Assembly: GCA_048937405.1 (NCBI GenBank)
Contig: JBHLNF010000002.1
Coordinates: forward strand, 480,001 to 544,000
Direction of reading: 5' to 3'
DNA length: 64,000 nucleotides
From: Promethearchaeota archaeon
GTDB lineage: Archaea; Asgardarchaeota; Lokiarchaeia; Sigyniarchaeales; SOKP01
Shown: positions 60,848 to 64,000 of the stretch, piece by piece
Layout: each line of letters begins with the position of its first letter
How positions within the stretch are numbered: the first letter of the stretch is position 1
The notes under the pieces: generated by a model
The model's database searches: none
Seen by the model: the letters and a program-made list of their open reading frames with translations, nothing else
Told to the model about the DNA's origin: nothing
Program-made: the position numbers and the translations under genes

Positions 60848-61681
60848 ATGTCTGGTTCAAAAAAAATTAGTAGTACTGAAATCGAAGATTCACTTCAATC
60901 ATTGGGATTTACAAAAAATGATTCTAAGGTTTTATTGACATTATGTAAGTTTAAGATACTTAGCCCTGCAGATATCGCGAAAAATTCTGGTGTTGATAGA
61001 GCAAGAGTTTATGATTCTCTAAATAGATTAATTGAGAAAGGTTTTATTCAAAAAGAACCAATAAAGAGGGGTGCTAATTATCAAGTAATACCTATAGAAA
61101 GAATCTTTAAAGTAATCCGTGATGATTACAAGACAAAAATAGAAGATACTTTACTACTCGAAAAAGTCATTGCGGAATTAGAGATTAATAAAGAAGAATC
61201 AGAACCTAGAGTATGGGCTATAAATTCAAGGGGAAAAATTCGAAAGAAGGTTAAAGAATTAATAAATTCAGCAAATGAGAAAATATTTTTCATTGTAACA
61301 CCAGATTTACTAATGCAAGAATTAGGAGGGTATGATTGGGTTCTAAAGGAACTATGGAATAAAAAATTTTCATCTAATATCGAGATTATCATAGCTTTAA
61401 AATATAATGAAAGTTTAAAAGAAGAAATTAAAAAACTATTGAAAATTTCAATAACTGTCCATTCAATTGAAGGAGATAGTGTTATTCCTTTTGGATTGTT
61501 AATAACTGATAATCAATTCTTACTCACCACATTAGATAGTGTAAGAGAGGCACCTGAATATACTTCTGGATTATGGTTAGAAAACGGTACTACAAAACAG
61601 CTCATAGGATATGAGCATCTATTTAAACATTTTATTACTAGTGAATGCAAACTAATACAATTAACTACAAAAAAACCATGA
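60848..61681 (+). CDS. TrmB-family transcriptional regulator
   Basis: LQSLGFT...DIAKNSGVDRARVYDSLNRLIEKGFI wHTH plus effector domain. Confidence 0.9.
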   Translation: MSGSKKISSTEIEDSLQSLGFTKNDSKVLLTLCKFKILSPADIAKNSGVDRARVYDSLNRLIEKGFIQKEPIKRGANYQVIPIERIFKVIRDDYKTKIEDTLLLEKVIAELEINKEESEPRVWAINSRGKIRKKVKELINSANEKIFFIVTPDLLMQELGGYDWVLKELWNKKFSSNIEIIIALKYNESLKEEIKKLLKISITVHSIEGDSVIPFGLLITDNQFLLTTLDSVREAPEYTSGLWLENGTTKQLIGYEHLFKHFITSECKLIQLTTKKP

Positions 61682-61806
61682 TATTCACATGAAATATAAA
61701 GAATAAATAAAAATAGGTAAAACACATTTCTAAAAAAAATATAAATTCAAATCAAAACTAAATAAATAAATCTTAAACTTAAAAACAAATTAGAGGGTTA
61801 AATTAG

Positions 61807-62364
61807 TTGTCTTATCGAGGAAAAGTAATCCTTTGTGGAGATGCAGGGGTTGGTAAAACTAGTTTATTAGCTCAATATGTTGATAATCAATTTAGTGATG
61901 AATATCACCAGACGATTGGGGCTAACTTCTTAATTAAAGAAATTGAATTAAGCAAAGTAATTAATAAGTTAGAGTTAATAAATCCAAATTTAAAGAAAGA
62001 TATTAAACAAAAGGGATTCAAATTATACTTTTGGGATATTGGAGGACAACAAGACAAATTATTCAGCAACGAATATTATTTTGTTCAAGCTGTTGGAGCA
62101 ATGGTTATTTTTAGCTTAGAGAGTACTTCATCATTTGAACAGTTAGATTTTTGGATTTCAAAGCTAAAAGAATTAAGTGGAGATATTCCATATATTATAG
62201 TTGGAAACAAAAAAGACCTTCCTAGAAAGATTAATGCAGATATGATAAATAATAAGGTTAAAGAATTAGGTGTTGAGTATTTTGAGACTTCTGCAAAACT
62301 GGATCAAAATGTCGATAAAGCATTTGAGGTTTTATCAATTCAAATTCTCAATAAATTTAAATAA
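61807..62364 (+). CDS. Rab-like small GTPase
   Basis: GDAGVGKTS, TIGANF, WDIGGQ, GNKKD, ETSAK; no C-terminal Cys. Confidence 0.93.
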   Translation: MSYRGKVILCGDAGVGKTSLLAQYVDNQFSDEYHQTIGANFLIKEIELSKVINKLELINPNLKKDIKQKGFKLYFWDIGGQQDKLFSNEYYFVQAVGAMVIFSLESTSSFEQLDFWISKLKELSGDIPYIIVGNKKDLPRKINADMINNKVKELGVEYFETSAKLDQNVDKAFEVLSIQILNKFK

Positions 62365-62596
62365 GTTCAATAATTCCAAAAAAAATTTTAATTCAAATGA
62401 AAGACTTTAACTTCTGAAGTTTTTTTCCTATATTCTTACAATAATTAACCAAAAATTTATTTTTTATATAATAAAATAGTAATTGGAATTTAAATTAGAC
62501 AAAAAATTCTCAATTTTGTTAAAACTTAAATTATACTTTGTTATTAATTAAGGTTAATATATTATACGGTATATCAAATATCGATAATTTTCAAAT

Positions 62597-63328
62597 ATGA
62601 GTATTTTATTAATTCCAGTTGCACCATTATCAAGAACAAAATCTCGCCTTAGAGATTGTTTTTCTTCGGATAAACTTATCAAATTAACATTAGCAATGTT
62701 TAAAGATCTGGGGAATATACTATCTGAAGTAAAATGTTATGATGAAATTATTGTTTATTGCAATACTGATGAAATATTAGAACTAGCAAATAATTATAAT
62801 TTAATTGGAATTAAGGAAAAAATAACAGCCCCCCCTAAATCATTTGATAAAGTGATCGAAGATCTTAATAATATTGCTATAAACAAATATAATGCAACCC
62901 AAACTATATTCTCATTTCTCGACTTAATTTTAATTACTGTCAAGAATTTCTATGATATCAATAATCTTCTTACCAAGAATCAAATGGTCATATGTCCTGC
63001 TATTCATTCTGCTGGAATTTCCATACTGGGTAGGAATCCTCCAGATATTATTAATTCTTATTTTTCGGACCCACATATTCCTTCGTTAATTGCTCAATTT
63101 AATAATGCATTGGCAAAGGGAATTGACAAAATTGCTATATATGATTCTTTTAGAGCAGGTTTTGATATTGATCTTAAACAAGATTTAGTATTAGCTTATG
63201 AATATTTAAAAATTTTTAATCTAACTCATACAAATGTATTTAAGTTTTTGAAAAAGAACTTAAGATTATCACTCAAGAAAAAAAACCAGTTTAATAATAG
63301 AACTTTTGAATTAACCGAAAGAGAATAA
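62597..63328 (+). CDS. cofC: CofC-like guanylyltransferase (F420 biosynthesis)
   Basis: LIPVAPLSRTKSRL, AMFKD, FDIDLKQDL. Confidence 0.8.
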   Translation: MSILLIPVAPLSRTKSRLRDCFSSDKLIKLTLAMFKDLGNILSEVKCYDEIIVYCNTDEILELANNYNLIGIKEKITAPPKSFDKVIEDLNNIAINKYNATQTIFSFLDLILITVKNFYDINNLLTKNQMVICPAIHSAGISILGRNPPDIINSYFSDPHIPSLIAQFNNALAKGIDKIAIYDSFRAGFDIDLKQDLVLAYEYLKIFNLTHTNVFKFLKKNLRLSLKKKNQFNNRTFELTERE

Positions 63329-63332
63329 TAAT

Positions 63333-64000
63333 CTAAAACGAAAAGGTTATATTTATTTTAAGTTCTTCTTTCAAGATATCTCCTATTAACTTCTGAAACT
63401 CTTCTCTTTCAGATTTAAGAGCATTGAGATATCTGATATAATCTTTATTCTTTCTATTGAAATCTACTTCCACATGCTCAAGTTTCAGTGTATTTGAGGA
63501 GATTTGATTTTTAATCTCCTCCACTTTTTGAATTAATCCTTTTTCTCCAATTTTTTTCTCAAGTTCATCTATTTTTTTTTTAAGTTGGAGATAGATATCA
63601 ATATTAGTTTGTAATAGTTTCTCTTCGAAAATTGCATTTATTTGTTCAATTGTCTTTTGTTTAGTGTCTGATTTAAGATTTAATTTGTTTTCTTCTAAGA
63701 CATGCCGTAATTGTACCATAAGAGTAGTGAAATTTGGCAAATCCTTGCGCTCATTGATGAGTACTTTTATAGGATTTTTTAAGAAATCTTTTAAATAATT
63801 AGTATCAATATTGGGAATATTGATTATTCCTTTTTCTAACTCAAACTTAAACTTTTTTAGAGCTTTTTTAAAGCCAATTTCATCATTAATAGACATTTGT
63901 AATTGAAATAATTCTTCCTTTTTGTTTTCTAGTTCTTTAAAAAACTCATTCTTTTCTATATTAATTAATTCTGAGTTTAATTCATCCTGTTGTTTTTTTC
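63333..64000 (-). CDS. Coiled-coil hypothetical protein (5' end outside window)
   Basis: The frame of ORF 63333-63896 stays open to the window edge. Confidence 0.7.
   Translation of the reverse strand, partial: KKQQDELNSELINIEKNEFFKELENKKEELFQLQMSINDEIGFKKALKKFKFELEKGIINIPNIDTNYLKDFLKNPIKVLINERKDLPNFTTLMVQLRHVLEENKLNLKSDTKQKTIEQINAIFEEKLLQTNIDIYLQLKKKIDELEKKIGEKGLIQKVEEIKNQISSNTLKLEHVEVDFNRKNKDYIRYLNALKSEREEFQKLIGDILKEELKINITFSF

Noticed and set aside
7098-61725. Short antisense or overlapping ORFs in the track (e.g. 7121, 7909, 14017, 20381, 22135, 27660, 36211, 49707, 53701, 55141, 59998, 61126)
   Set aside because: Shadow frames of well-supported genes, with no motifs
1-64000. CRISPR array, rRNA, transposase or integrase
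   Set aside because: No regularly spaced repeats, rRNA-like sequence or recombinase motifs seen; the repeats at 48.7-52.2 kb are protein-level propeller repeats

Overview
AT-rich archaeal chromosome segment, almost certainly an Asgard archaeon (Lokiarchaeia-like). This rests on a gelsolin-domain protein, three small GTPases, longin/DENN-like proteins, a tailed histone, eS25, Loki-CTERM-type surface proteins and a eukaryote-like SECIS. Main results: (1) The AMP phosphorylase gene is interrupted inside its conserved DKHSTGG motif by a 30-nt, stop-containing insert. The insert folds into a bulge-helix-bulge-type splice motif, and its predicted cut sites restore H-S-T-G-G exactly. This is a candidate tRNA-type intron in an mRNA, and the tRNA-Ser(CGA) in the same window has an intron of the same design. 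(2) An hdrA-mvhD operon carries five in-frame TGA (Sec) codons (3+2) and one visible downstream SECIS; the ORF track fragments or misses both genes. (3) A ~10.5 kb integrase-less island is bounded by a 149-bp duplicated hisS 3' end. It carries an uncharacterised helix/beta-hairpin paralog cluster (one member PASTA-fused), a C39-like protein and a GT4/GH130 cluster. (4) A module of giant membrane-anchored surface protein plus translationally coupled DENN/longin-like protein is duplicated around a longin-GTPase, and the two copies have different lectin-like heads. All family assignments are from motif recognition by eye, with no database searches.
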